Shown here: one piece after another, positions 29,076-37,531 of the stretch | Numbering within the stretch: position 1 is the first letter of the stretch | Layout of the letters: each line of letters starts with the position of its first letter | Notes under the pieces: generated by a model | Told to the model about the DNA's origin: nothing | The model's database searches: none | The model's input: the letters and a program-made list of their open reading frames with translations, nothing else | Assembly (NCBI GenBank): GCA_038207085.1 | Contig: JBBRAE010000002.1 | Location: 1 to 64,000 of the forward strand | Length of the DNA stretch: 64,000 nt | From: Armatimonadota bacterium | GTDB taxonomy: Bacteria; Armatimonadota; UBA5829; DTLH01 | Direction of reading: 5' to 3' | Position numbers and translations under genes: made by a program

Positions 29076-30194
29076 ATGAGGATAACTCGAATACATTTGG
29101 CGAATGTTCGGAACTACTCGGAGGGGACGATAGTCCCTGAACCGGGTCTGAACATATTCGTGGGACCTAACGGTCAGGGGAAGAGTGCGATACTCGAAGC
29201 GATCTATATGGTGGCTACGAGTAAATCGCATAGAACCTCTCGTGACTCGGATATCATAAGGGTCGGACAGGACTGGGCCAGAATCGCGCTTGAAGTGGAC
29301 AGAGATGAGCGTGGGGAGATCAGTCTTGATGTGACCCTTGCGAGGAATGAGAAGAAAATCGTTCGTATAAACAAGGTAAAGCATGATAAAGTAGGGGATA
29401 TTGTCGGGCAGCTGAATGCCGTGATATTCTCAAGCTCGGACCTTGAGATGATCAAGGGGGACCCGTCCAATCGGCGAAGGTTCATGAACCTTGAGATAAG
29501 CCAGGTGAGCCCCCAGTACGTGTATGGGTTTGGCAGGTATAAGCGGGTGCTGGAGCAGAGAAACAGCGTTCTCAAGGAATGGAAGTACGGGAACCGTTCA
29601 AGCGGACCGCTCGAAGTGTGGGACGATCAGCTCGTAGGCTATGGGGCGATTTTAATTGAGAAGCGACTCTCTTTTTTGCGCAGGCTCGCGGAGCTTGCGG
29701 AGCCGATATACGATCAGCTCTCCGGCGGCACTGAAAAGCTAGACGTATTCTACGAGCCGAGCGTGAAAGTGGAGCAGCCCAAGAACCTGGACGAGATCAA
29801 AGAGGTGTTCAAGCAGGCGCTTTTGAGATCGAGAGATCACGACATCGCCCGGGGGACGACTAACAAAGGGCCGCACAGAGACGATATCGGGTTCAAAGTA
29901 AACGATATGGACGTGCGCTACTTCGGTTCCCAGGGCCAGCAGAGATCGGTCGCTCTTGCGGTGAAGCTTGCGGAGATCGGGCTTGTCGAAGAGATCGTCG
30001 GCGAGTCGCCTGTTGCGCTTTTGGACGATGTGGGCGCGGAACTTGATTTTGACCGCCGCTCGCATGTCTTTGATCAGACGATGGGGCGATGCCAGACGAT
30101 TGTCACCGCGACATCGGTTCGGGATCTTCCTGAAGAAGTGGTCGCGCAGGGCACTGTCTACAACGTGACGGCCGGGACGGTACAAAAAGCATGA
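29076..30194 (+). CDS. recF: DNA replication/repair protein RecF
   Basis: GPNGQGKS.ILEAI, P..RRRFM, GPHRDD, SQGQQR, LLDDV.AELD. Confidence 0.95.
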   Translation: MRITRIHLANVRNYSEGTIVPEPGLNIFVGPNGQGKSAILEAIYMVATSKSHRTSRDSDIIRVGQDWARIALEVDRDERGEISLDVTLARNEKKIVRINKVKHDKVGDIVGQLNAVIFSSSDLEMIKGDPSNRRRFMNLEISQVSPQYVYGFGRYKRVLEQRNSVLKEWKYGNRSSGPLEVWDDQLVGYGAILIEKRLSFLRRLAELAEPIYDQLSGGTEKLDVFYEPSVKVEQPKNLDEIKEVFKQALLRSRDHDIARGTTNKGPHRDDIGFKVNDMDVRYFGSQGQQRSVALAVKLAEIGLVEEIVGESPVALLDDVGAELDFDRRSHVFDQTMGRCQTIVTATSVRDLPEEVVAQGTVYNVTAGTVQKA

Positions 30195-30679
30195 GAGCAC
30201 AATTTGCCGATCTTGGAAGCCTGATCAAGGCCGGGCTATATCGCACCGGGGTTCAGGGAGCTGTCAAAGAAAAGATGGCGCTCGCCCTTTGGCCTGAGGT
30301 CGTCGGGAAAAAGACCGCTTCGGTCACACGGGTTGAGCGGATAAACCAGGGGACACTTTTTGTTACATGCAGGGACAGCATGTGGGCCCAGGAGCTTCAT
30401 TTTCTTGTGCCTGTGATCAGAAAGAAGATCAACGAAAAACTCGGCTCAAACGTGATCAAAGAGATTCGAGTCTCAGGCAGAGGCTTTAGAAAAGGCGAGT
30501 CCGGGGAAACTATGGCCGAACAGCCCGTGGAGCGCAAAAAGAAGATGCCGAACCTCTCCAAGCAAGAGGTGGAGACGATTGAGTCGGCGGCGATGGAAAA
30601 AATTGAGGACCCGGATCTTGCCGCAAAGGTGGTAAAAGCGCTCGAAGCGGCAAGAAAACTCAGAAAGAGTCTTGAGTAA
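30191..30679 (+). CDS. dciA: DciA/DUF721 helicase-loader family protein
   Basis: W..VVG...T......GTLFV...S.WAQEL; overlaps recF stop. Confidence 0.8.
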   Translation: MRAQFADLGSLIKAGLYRTGVQGAVKEKMALALWPEVVGKKTASVTRVERINQGTLFVTCRDSMWAQELHFLVPVIRKKINEKLGSNVIKEIRVSGRGFRKGESGETMAEQPVERKKKMPNLSKQEVETIESAAMEKIEDPDLAAKVVKALEAARKLRKSLE

Positions 30680-30694
30680 ACGGAGGGGACCGAA

Positions 30695-32149
30695 ATGACT
30701 TGGACTGGAAACATCAAGAAAGTTGACGACTTTCGCTGGCTTATCCCCAAGAGCTACAAGCATGGGATGCTAACCGACGGTATGATATATGCGACAGAGG
30801 AGCTGATGGAGGCCATCCGTGAGGATGAAGCGATGGAGCAGGTCGCAAACGTCGCCTTTTTGCCGGGGATAGTTGGGCGGAGTATGGCCATGCCCGACAT
30901 TCACTGGGGGTATGGGTTTCCGATCGGCGGGGTCGCGGCAACACTCGCAGACAGCGGCGTAGTCTCACCGGGCGGTGTTGGGTTTGATATCAACTGCGGA
31001 GTGAGGCTCCTTAGGACGGATCTTACAGAAAAAGATGTGCGGCCTGTGATAGATACCCTCGTCAACCATATATTTGCAGCGGTACCATCAGGCGTCGGAA
31101 GCGAAGGCAAGATAAGAGTGAGCAGCACCGAGCTTGCCCGTGTGATGAAAAAGGGCGCGAAGTGGATGGTCGAGCAGGGCATCGGCTGGGCTGAAGATAT
31201 CGAAGCGACAGAGCAAAGTGGAGAGCTCTCCTGGGCCGACCCGTCGATGGTCAGTGACAAGGCCGTCAAACGCGGTCAGCCGCAGCTTGGGACGCTTGGC
31301 GCGGGGAACCATTTTATTGAGGTCCAGATCGTGGAAGAGATTTTTGACGCGGAGACCGCGCGGGCTTTTGGAATCACTGAACCGGGGCAGATTACGGTGA
31401 TGATCCACACCGGCTCCCGAGGCTTCGGCCACCAGGTCTGCGACGACAGTCTGCTCGATATGCAGCGCGCGATCAAGAAATACGATATCAACGTGCCCGA
31501 CAAGCAGCTGGCATGTGCGCCGGTCAACTCGCCAGAGGGCAAAAAATACATGGCCGCTATGGCGTGCGCCGCGAACTATGCCTGGGCGAACCGTCAGGCG
31601 ATCGCCCACTGGGTGCGGGAGGCCTTTGAAAAGACCTTTGGGCTCGGCGCGCACAAGCTCGGGATGAGCCAGATCTATGATGTTGCTCACAACATCGCTA
31701 AAATCGAGGAGCACATCGTCGACGGCGAAAAGAAAAAGCTTTGCGTTCACCGAAAAGGGGCGACTCGGGCATTTGGCCCGGGGCAGGCGGATATTCCTGA
31801 AAAGTATCGCGCGGTCGGGCAGCCAGTTTTGATTCCCGGGGACATGGGCCGCTACTCGTATCTCTTGGTTGGCACCGAGCGGGCGATGCAGGAGACTTTT
31901 GGCTCCACCTGCCACGGTGCGGGGAGACTCCTTTCCCGGCATGCGGCGACCAAAAGAGCGAGTGGTGAACAGGTGGCGCAGTCGCTTGCCGACAAGGGAA
32001 TTACCGTCAAGGCTGCTAGCAGGGGAACGCTATCGGAGGAAGCTCCGTATGCATATAAAGATGTGGCAAATGTTGTGGAAGCCGCTGAAGGGGCAGGCAT
32101 CTCGAAAAGAGTCGCCAAAATGAGGCCGCTTGGCGTGGTGAAGGGGTAG
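30695..32149 (+). CDS. rtcB: RNA ligase RtcB
   Basis: MPDIHWGYGFPIGGV, GFDINCG, GTLGAGNHFIE, HTGSRG, DVAHN, HRKGAT, HGAGR, EEAP.AYK. Confidence 0.95.
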   Translation: MTWTGNIKKVDDFRWLIPKSYKHGMLTDGMIYATEELMEAIREDEAMEQVANVAFLPGIVGRSMAMPDIHWGYGFPIGGVAATLADSGVVSPGGVGFDINCGVRLLRTDLTEKDVRPVIDTLVNHIFAAVPSGVGSEGKIRVSSTELARVMKKGAKWMVEQGIGWAEDIEATEQSGELSWADPSMVSDKAVKRGQPQLGTLGAGNHFIEVQIVEEIFDAETARAFGITEPGQITVMIHTGSRGFGHQVCDDSLLDMQRAIKKYDINVPDKQLACAPVNSPEGKKYMAAMACAANYAWANRQAIAHWVREAFEKTFGLGAHKLGMSQIYDVAHNIAKIEEHIVDGEKKKLCVHRKGATRAFGPGQADIPEKYRAVGQPVLIPGDMGRYSYLLVGTERAMQETFGSTCHGAGRLLSRHAATKRASGEQVAQSLADKGITVKAASRGTLSEEAPYAYKDVANVVEAAEGAGISKRVAKMRPLGVVKG

Positions 32150-32153
32150 GGTT

Positions 32154-33200
32154 TTGGACAAACTGAAAATTGGTCTGATTGGTTGCGGTGGCATCGCAAA
32201 GCGCAGGCATGCGCCGGCACTTGCGGCGATTCCCGAGGTTTCGGTTACGGCAATCTGTGACGTTGACCCGGCATGCACCTCTGCTCTTGCTGCGCAGTTC
32301 AATATAGCCGAAGTTTACACAAGCTACGAGGACATGCTCGAGCGCGCCGACATAGACGCGGTCGATATCTGCACCCCAAACTTTCTTCACGCGCATCCCG
32401 CGATCGCCGCGCTTCGGGCAGGAAAGCATGTGCTTGTAGAAAAACCGATCGGGCGAAACTCAGAAGAGGCCCAGGAGATCATCAAAGTCGCCCAAGAGAC
32501 TGGCAAAAAGCTTATGGTCGGGCAGTGCCTGCGTTTCTGCTCTGAGGCGATTGCCCTGAAGCGGTTCGTCGATGCGGGCAAGATGGGGGAGATGTACTAC
32601 GCCCGGGTGCGGGCGATCAGGCGGCGAGGGATTCCGACCCACGGCAACTTCATCGACAAAGAGCGCCAGGGCGGAGGGCCGTTGATCGATATCGGGGTCC
32701 ACTGGCTCGACTACGCGCTCTGGCTGATGGGGCATCCCAAACCCGTTTCGGTCTCGGGCGCGGCTTACGCCAAGTTCGGCAACAGGCCCGACGTATACTC
32801 GCCTTACGGCAAATGGAACCATGAGAAGTTTTCCGTTGAGGACTTCGCATCCGGCCTTGTGCGCTTTGAAAACGGCGCGACGCTTACAATAGAGGCGAGT
32901 TTTGCCGCAAATATCGAAAAAGACGCGATGGATCTTGCTATAATGGGTACCGAGGGTGGGCTTCAGGCAAACCCCGCACGCATGTTCCGCGAAGAAGACG
33001 GCAACATGTACGACCAGACCCCAGTATTCTTACCTGAGATAAATATGTATGAAGGGGAGCTTCGGGCTTTCGCAGATTCCATCAGAAACGACACTGTGCC
33101 GCCCGTCACGGGCGATCAGGCGCTTATGGTGATGCGTATCCTGGACGGCTTGTACAGGTCCTCGGAATCGGGCGCAGAGGTAAGATTGGTGCACGCTTAA
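32154..33200 (+). CDS. Gfo/Idh/MocA-family oxidoreductase
   Basis: IGCGGIA, GKHVLVEKP, GGGPLIDIGVH. Confidence 0.9.
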   Translation: MDKLKIGLIGCGGIAKRRHAPALAAIPEVSVTAICDVDPACTSALAAQFNIAEVYTSYEDMLERADIDAVDICTPNFLHAHPAIAALRAGKHVLVEKPIGRNSEEAQEIIKVAQETGKKLMVGQCLRFCSEAIALKRFVDAGKMGEMYYARVRAIRRRGIPTHGNFIDKERQGGGPLIDIGVHWLDYALWLMGHPKPVSVSGAAYAKFGNRPDVYSPYGKWNHEKFSVEDFASGLVRFENGATLTIEASFAANIEKDAMDLAIMGTEGGLQANPARMFREEDGNMYDQTPVFLPEINMYEGELRAFADSIRNDTVPPVTGDQALMVMRILDGLYRSSESGAEVRLVHA

Positions 33201-33222
33201 CCTGGATTTGACCGATATCTCT

Positions 33223-33309
33223 TTTGGGGTGGCGATTTCCGAATCGCCACCCCAAAGCTAAGACGGGATTTCCGAATCCCTAATGGCGTAATGCATGGCA
33301 ATTGACCCA
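33223..33309. repeat. Repeat family A, copy 2
   Basis: Perfect 15-bp stem TTTGGGGTGGCGATT-TCCG-AATCGCCACCCCAAA; matches 656-740. Confidence 0.9.
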
Positions 33310-33310
33310 G

Positions 33311-33390
33311 TAGCCTGCATTATTCACGAGGAGCGTGAATAATGCTTTGCTAGCGAGAGCTTTATTCGTGAAGCGAATAAAGCGGGTTAG
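33311..33390. repeat. Repeat family B, copy 2
   Basis: Matches reverse complement of 2251-2330; abuts family A copy. Confidence 0.9.
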
Positions 33391-33417
33391 ATTAAAGATC
33401 CGGGGACAGAAACGATT

Positions 33418-35142
33418 TTGAAAGAGGAAACTGGCACGATAGAATCACCCAAAGAAGAGATCGGGCTTTTCAGTCGAATATGGCGGCTCGTCAAGTCGTC
33501 AAAGACGGTCATCGGCCTCGCTATAGTGGCGCTTCTCGCGCAGCTGGGCTGGATGGCGCTCAACTTCTCTGCGCTGCCGGTCTGGATGCAGTACAAGCTC
33601 GATATGGGCGCGTCACTGGGCTGGGTGATGGGCGCGTTCATGCTTACAGAGGCGCTTTTTCGGCCCCCCCTGGGTGCGCTTGGCGACCGGATAGGCCGCA
33701 GGCCCCTGATGCTGATCGGCCCGGCGATAAGCGTATTCACATCGATAGCCACGATATTTGTTCATGGTCCCCTGACTGTTCCAATTATGATCGTCCTTAG
33801 GGCGATTGACGGGATAGGTCTTGCGGCGTTCTGGCCCGCTGCGTTTGCCGCTTTTGGCGATGCGGTGGAAGAAAAATACCGAAGCACCGCGATGGCTATT
33901 CTAAACGGCACGCAGATGGGCGCGGTCGCACTTGGAATGCTTCTGGCGGGAGTAGCAAACGACTATCTTTCCCAGGTTCTCCCGGCCTACACTGGCGCGT
34001 TCTATTTCTGCAGCCTGGTCTTTCTCCTAACCGTAGTTGTGGGTTTTATGCTTCTTCCCAAGCAGATCGGCGACCACCATCACCACGTCCCTGAGGTCGA
34101 GGAAACGCACATCCCGCACACCAATGAGATCGAAGGTGCGCTCAAGTTGGTGCCGGACATGATCGTCCTTAGCGTGGTGATGTTTGCCGCGATCGGGATT
34201 CTTATGCCGATTGTGAAGCTCTATGCGATGGACGCGCTCGGTTTGAACGAAACCCAGTTTGGCTCGATTGTCTTCCCTGTTGCGATTATTCTCGGTGTGC
34301 TTGCTCTTCCGTTCGGCTGGTTTGCCGACAAATGGGGCAAGATGGTCTCGGTCTGCTACGGGATGCTCGTGTGCGCCACGGCTATGTGGATAATCGCGAT
34401 GTTTCGGAGCATCGTCGCACTTGCCGGAGCGTCGATCATCCTCGGTATTGGTTTTCAGATAGCGTTTCCCGCGTGGATGGCCGTAGTCTCACAGGCGGCT
34501 CCAAAGGATCGGCGCGGTCAGGTGATGGGCGCGGTTGGACTCGCGCAGGGGATGGGCGCGCTCCTTGGCGTGCTAGTCGCCCCGATTATCTACACCCGCG
34601 ACTGGCTTTCGCTCCCGAGGCTTGGCATCAACCACATCACGATTCCGTTTTATCTGTGCGCGATTCTGCTTTCTATCAGCACGCTTATGACTTTCATCTG
34701 GATCAGCAAAAAGCGGGCGGAGCAGGCCGGCGGCCGACAGATCAGTGGGTTTGAGCGTCGGGGAGTGGTCGCACTCTCGATCATCGGTGCGGTGGCGATC
34801 GCCGGTTGGGTTGTTTATCGTCTGACGGCTCCGATTCCCCCCGGAAACGTCGCATGGATTTGGGTTCAGCAGAGCGCGCGCCACAAAATAGAGAAAGCCG
34901 AGCAATACGCGCTCCCCTCGAACGAAACCGAGGATGCGGCCAGGGTTTACGGGAACTGGATCAACAGTGAAAAGGCCTCCTATCGCATCACCTCAACCAG
35001 AGTAGACGAAGGAGGTAGGCGAGCGACTGTGATTGTGGAGTTCAAGTTCCCTGACTCGCATCCACACGTGGTTCAGGAGGTCATAATCCTTCGGCACGTG
35101 AGCGAGAAAGATTGGAAGGTAATCGGGCGCTCCTCGAAATAG
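33418..35142 (+). CDS. MFS transporter with C-terminal extension
   Basis: GALGDRIGRR motif A, about 12 TM helices plus an extra TM and a soluble tail. Confidence 0.85.
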   Translation: MKEETGTIESPKEEIGLFSRIWRLVKSSKTVIGLAIVALLAQLGWMALNFSALPVWMQYKLDMGASLGWVMGAFMLTEALFRPPLGALGDRIGRRPLMLIGPAISVFTSIATIFVHGPLTVPIMIVLRAIDGIGLAAFWPAAFAAFGDAVEEKYRSTAMAILNGTQMGAVALGMLLAGVANDYLSQVLPAYTGAFYFCSLVFLLTVVVGFMLLPKQIGDHHHHVPEVEETHIPHTNEIEGALKLVPDMIVLSVVMFAAIGILMPIVKLYAMDALGLNETQFGSIVFPVAIILGVLALPFGWFADKWGKMVSVCYGMLVCATAMWIIAMFRSIVALAGASIILGIGFQIAFPAWMAVVSQAAPKDRRGQVMGAVGLAQGMGALLGVLVAPIIYTRDWLSLPRLGINHITIPFYLCAILLSISTLMTFIWISKKRAEQAGGRQISGFERRGVVALSIIGAVAIAGWVVYRLTAPIPPGNVAWIWVQQSARHKIEKAEQYALPSNETEDAARVYGNWINSEKASYRITSTRVDEGGRRATVIVEFKFPDSHPHVVQEVIILRHVSEKDWKVIGRSSK

Positions 35143-35228
35143 AAGAATATCAGAGTCTTTGTGATTGACATTTATGTTTGATAATAGCGTGTCAGGAACG
35201 CAGTATTACACCTGTCTAGGAGGACATC

Positions 35229-36191
35229 TTGTTAGCATTGGAATTTCTCGGCTTGCTCACGGTAATCGTGGGTGCGGCGTGGCTCCTCAGTGTGGGCGCC
35301 GAGGTGCTCGCAGAAAAATACGGAGCGAACTTTACAGGGAGCATCCTGCTTGCTCTTATCACTACGCTTCCTGAGTACCTGTTTGTCTATTGGGCTGCGG
35401 TAAAGTCGCAGTATCCTATGGCTATTGGCTCGGCTGTCGGGGCATGCACCCTTCTTGTAACGCTTGGGTACGGTTCGGTGATCCTGGTTGCGACGACGCG
35501 TCTTAGCAAGAAGCCTGTGAAACACATTGTGCTTTCGCGACATACGCAGGTAGATGCGATCTATCTTGCCGTGACTTCAGTCCTAGCCTATGTTCTGGCG
35601 TGGGTAGGGAATGGGCTTAGCTTCACAGACGGAATTATCCTTGCAGCCATCTTCCTGATTTATGTAGTGCAGCATTATGTGGTCGCGAGAATGTACGCAA
35701 AGACCATCGAGCACAACGTCACAACCCGAGATATGGTCAAGGCGTTTGTGATGATGGTTATCGGCGGGGTGATAATTGTAATTGCCTCAGAGCCGTTTGT
35801 TGATTCGATGAGTCACATCGCAGATGCCATTGGGGTAAGCGCGATGGCGGTTGCGATTGTCCTTAGCCCTATCGCCTCCGAGCTTCCCGAAAAGATCACC
35901 GCATATCTCACTGTTATGCGCGATGGCAAGAACGCCGAGATCTCTGTCTGCAACTTTATGGGAAGCAAGGTGAACCACAACAGTCTGCTTCTTGCGGTGC
36001 TGCCTTTTGTCGCGGTCGCTTATGCTCACAAGCCTGTGACCGGAGTGATCGGCGCGCCCTTTACGATCATGACGGTGCTTACACTTTTTGCAGCAGTAAG
36101 CCTTGCTCGACGGCGCCTTGAGCGTTGGCAGGGCTGGGTTTTCGTCGCCCTTTACCTGACGACTATCGGCGCGGCGTATATGGTCCGTTAG
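35229..36191 (+). CDS. Sodium:calcium antiporter (CaCA) family protein
   Basis: Alpha repeats TTLPE...GSAVG and SELPE...NFMGS. Confidence 0.8.
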   Translation: MLALEFLGLLTVIVGAAWLLSVGAEVLAEKYGANFTGSILLALITTLPEYLFVYWAAVKSQYPMAIGSAVGACTLLVTLGYGSVILVATTRLSKKPVKHIVLSRHTQVDAIYLAVTSVLAYVLAWVGNGLSFTDGIILAAIFLIYVVQHYVVARMYAKTIEHNVTTRDMVKAFVMMVIGGVIIVIASEPFVDSMSHIADAIGVSAMAVAIVLSPIASELPEKITAYLTVMRDGKNAEISVCNFMGSKVNHNSLLLAVLPFVAVAYAHKPVTGVIGAPFTIMTVLTLFAAVSLARRRLERWQGWVFVALYLTTIGAAYMVR

Positions 36192-36200
36192 AATAACAAG

Positions 36201-36225
36201 CGAGGGCGGAGAGTATCCGCCCTCG
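36201..36225. terminator. Hairpin between convergent genes
   Basis: CGAGGGCGGA-gagta-TCCGCCCTCG. Confidence 0.6.
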
Positions 36226-36230
36226 AATGC

Positions 36231-36689
36231 TTACAGCGAGATTCTCGGCTCTGAGATCTCTTCCAGCGCCTCTTCAAACTCCTCGGTCATCTGCGGCTGG
36301 GCCGCGACCACGCGCCGGGCGATATCGGCCTGCGAGACCATGCCAATAAGCTGCCCCTGTTCGTCGGTGATTGGAATGCGCCGCACCTTATACTCTTCCA
36401 TCATCCTGATGCATTCGTCGACGCTTGCCTGGGGTTTTAGTGTGTGTGGGGTTGGGGTCATGGCGTCGAGCGCCATCATTTCAAGCGGATCGAGCCCTTT
36501 TGCGAGCGTGCGAACTACGATATCGCGATCGGTGACGATCCCTACGACCTCCCCGGTCCGCGAGTCGCAGACCGGAACCGCGCCGCAATCGAACTCCACC
36601 ATCATCTGCGCGACCGCCTCAAGCGAGCTCTCCGGCTCCACGCAAATGGGGTCTCTGGTCATAATATCCTGAACCTGCATTGCTGCCAC
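36231..36689 (-). CDS. CBS-domain pair protein
   Basis: VQDIMT, CGAVPV, GIVTDRDI, VRRIPI, GMVSQADI. Confidence 0.9.
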   Translation of the reverse strand: MAAMQVQDIMTRDPICVEPESSLEAVAQMMVEFDCGAVPVCDSRTGEVVGIVTDRDIVVRTLAKGLDPLEMMALDAMTPTPHTLKPQASVDECIRMMEEYKVRRIPITDEQGQLIGMVSQADIARRVVAAQPQMTEEFEEALEEISEPRISL

Positions 36690-36712
36690 CTCCAGTGGGT
36701 CTTACAAGTTCG

Positions 36713-36739
36713 GTACCCGATTGGGATGGAGAGCTAAAC
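36713..36739 (-). promoter_or_regulatory. Possible SigB/SigF-type stress promoter for the CBS gene
   Basis: GTTTAG-N15-GGGTAC. Confidence 0.35.
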
Positions 36740-36744
36740 GCGGG

Positions 36745-36884
36745 TCAGACTTCTACCTCTCGCAGAATCATACGATCTTCAAGTTGCAACGGCTCCTGGC
36801 GAAGATATAGCCTGATAGCTTCCTTCGCGTTGGCTATGGCGTCGTCCAGAGAGAAACCAGCGGAGGCGCAGCCTGGTTCTTTGT
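36745..36884 (-). pseudogene. HicB-family antitoxin 3' fragment truncated by repeat B
   Basis: PGCASAGFSLDDAIANAKEAIRLYL...EVEV*; no start before the repeat. Confidence 0.75.
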
Positions 36885-36965
36885 CTAGCCCGCATTATTC
36901 ACGAGTAGCGTGAATAATGCTCTGCTAGCGATAGCTTTATTCGCTTCACAAATAAAGCGGGCTAG
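36885..36965. repeat. Repeat family B, copy 3
   Basis: CTAGCCCGC...GCGGGCTAG terminal inverted repeat with two internal hairpins. Confidence 0.9.
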
Positions 36966-36977
36966 TCCGGGTTTGGC

Positions 36978-37247
36978 CTAAGCGATCCAAATTCGTCCCT
37001 CGGAGTCCTCAACAATCTCTCCAATCTCATAGAGAAAGTCGGGCGAAAAGTCGGCATCGTTGTCCCAGACAACAGTGTCGAGATCAGAGCTGACCGCAAA
37101 GGTTTTGAAAAACTCCACATTCTTCAGTGGCTCGAAGATTTCGCCTGAGAGATGAGGTTCGAGGTCGACCAAGCGTGTTGAGCCGTCTTCGAAGGTGATC
37201 CGAAGCTTGTAATCCTTGACATAAGAAGCCTTCCTAACAAAATGCAT
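36978..37247 (-). CDS. DUF2442-family protein
   Basis: YKLRITFEDG...VDL..L.GEIFEPLK..FF...TVVW.N.ADFSPDFLY. Confidence 0.85.
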   Translation of the reverse strand: MHFVRKASYVKDYKLRITFEDGSTRLVDLEPHLSGEIFEPLKNVEFFKTFAVSSDLDTVVWDNDADFSPDFLYEIGEIVEDSEGRIWIA

Positions 37248-37256
37248 TTTACCCTC

Positions 37257-37517
37257 CTAAACTAACGGCTCGATTTTTTGCAGCGGTTTTCTTGCCATCG
37301 CGAGTTCCCAATCCAGCATTAGCTCTTCACGGTGTGCGAATGCCCACTCCAGGACGAGAGCGACTACCCTCTGCGACAATCTCCCCTCGATTAACCTGAG
37401 GTCTGAAATTACAAACACACCAGTTTGGTCTCCATACTTCGCGTGGAAATGCGGAGGTTGGTGGTCATTATAGTATATCGCAATTATGATACCGAAAAAA
37501 CGACTGATTTCAGGCAC
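37257..37517 (-). CDS. DUF4160-family protein
   Basis: MPEISRFFGI.I..YY.DH.PPHFHA.YG...V.EWA..H.EEL..W. Confidence 0.9.
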   Translation of the reverse strand: MPEISRFFGIIIAIYYNDHQPPHFHAKYGDQTGVFVISDLRLIEGRLSQRVVALVLEWAFAHREELMLDWELAMARKPLQKIEPLV

Positions 37518-37531
37518 GTCGGTCCCTTTCG

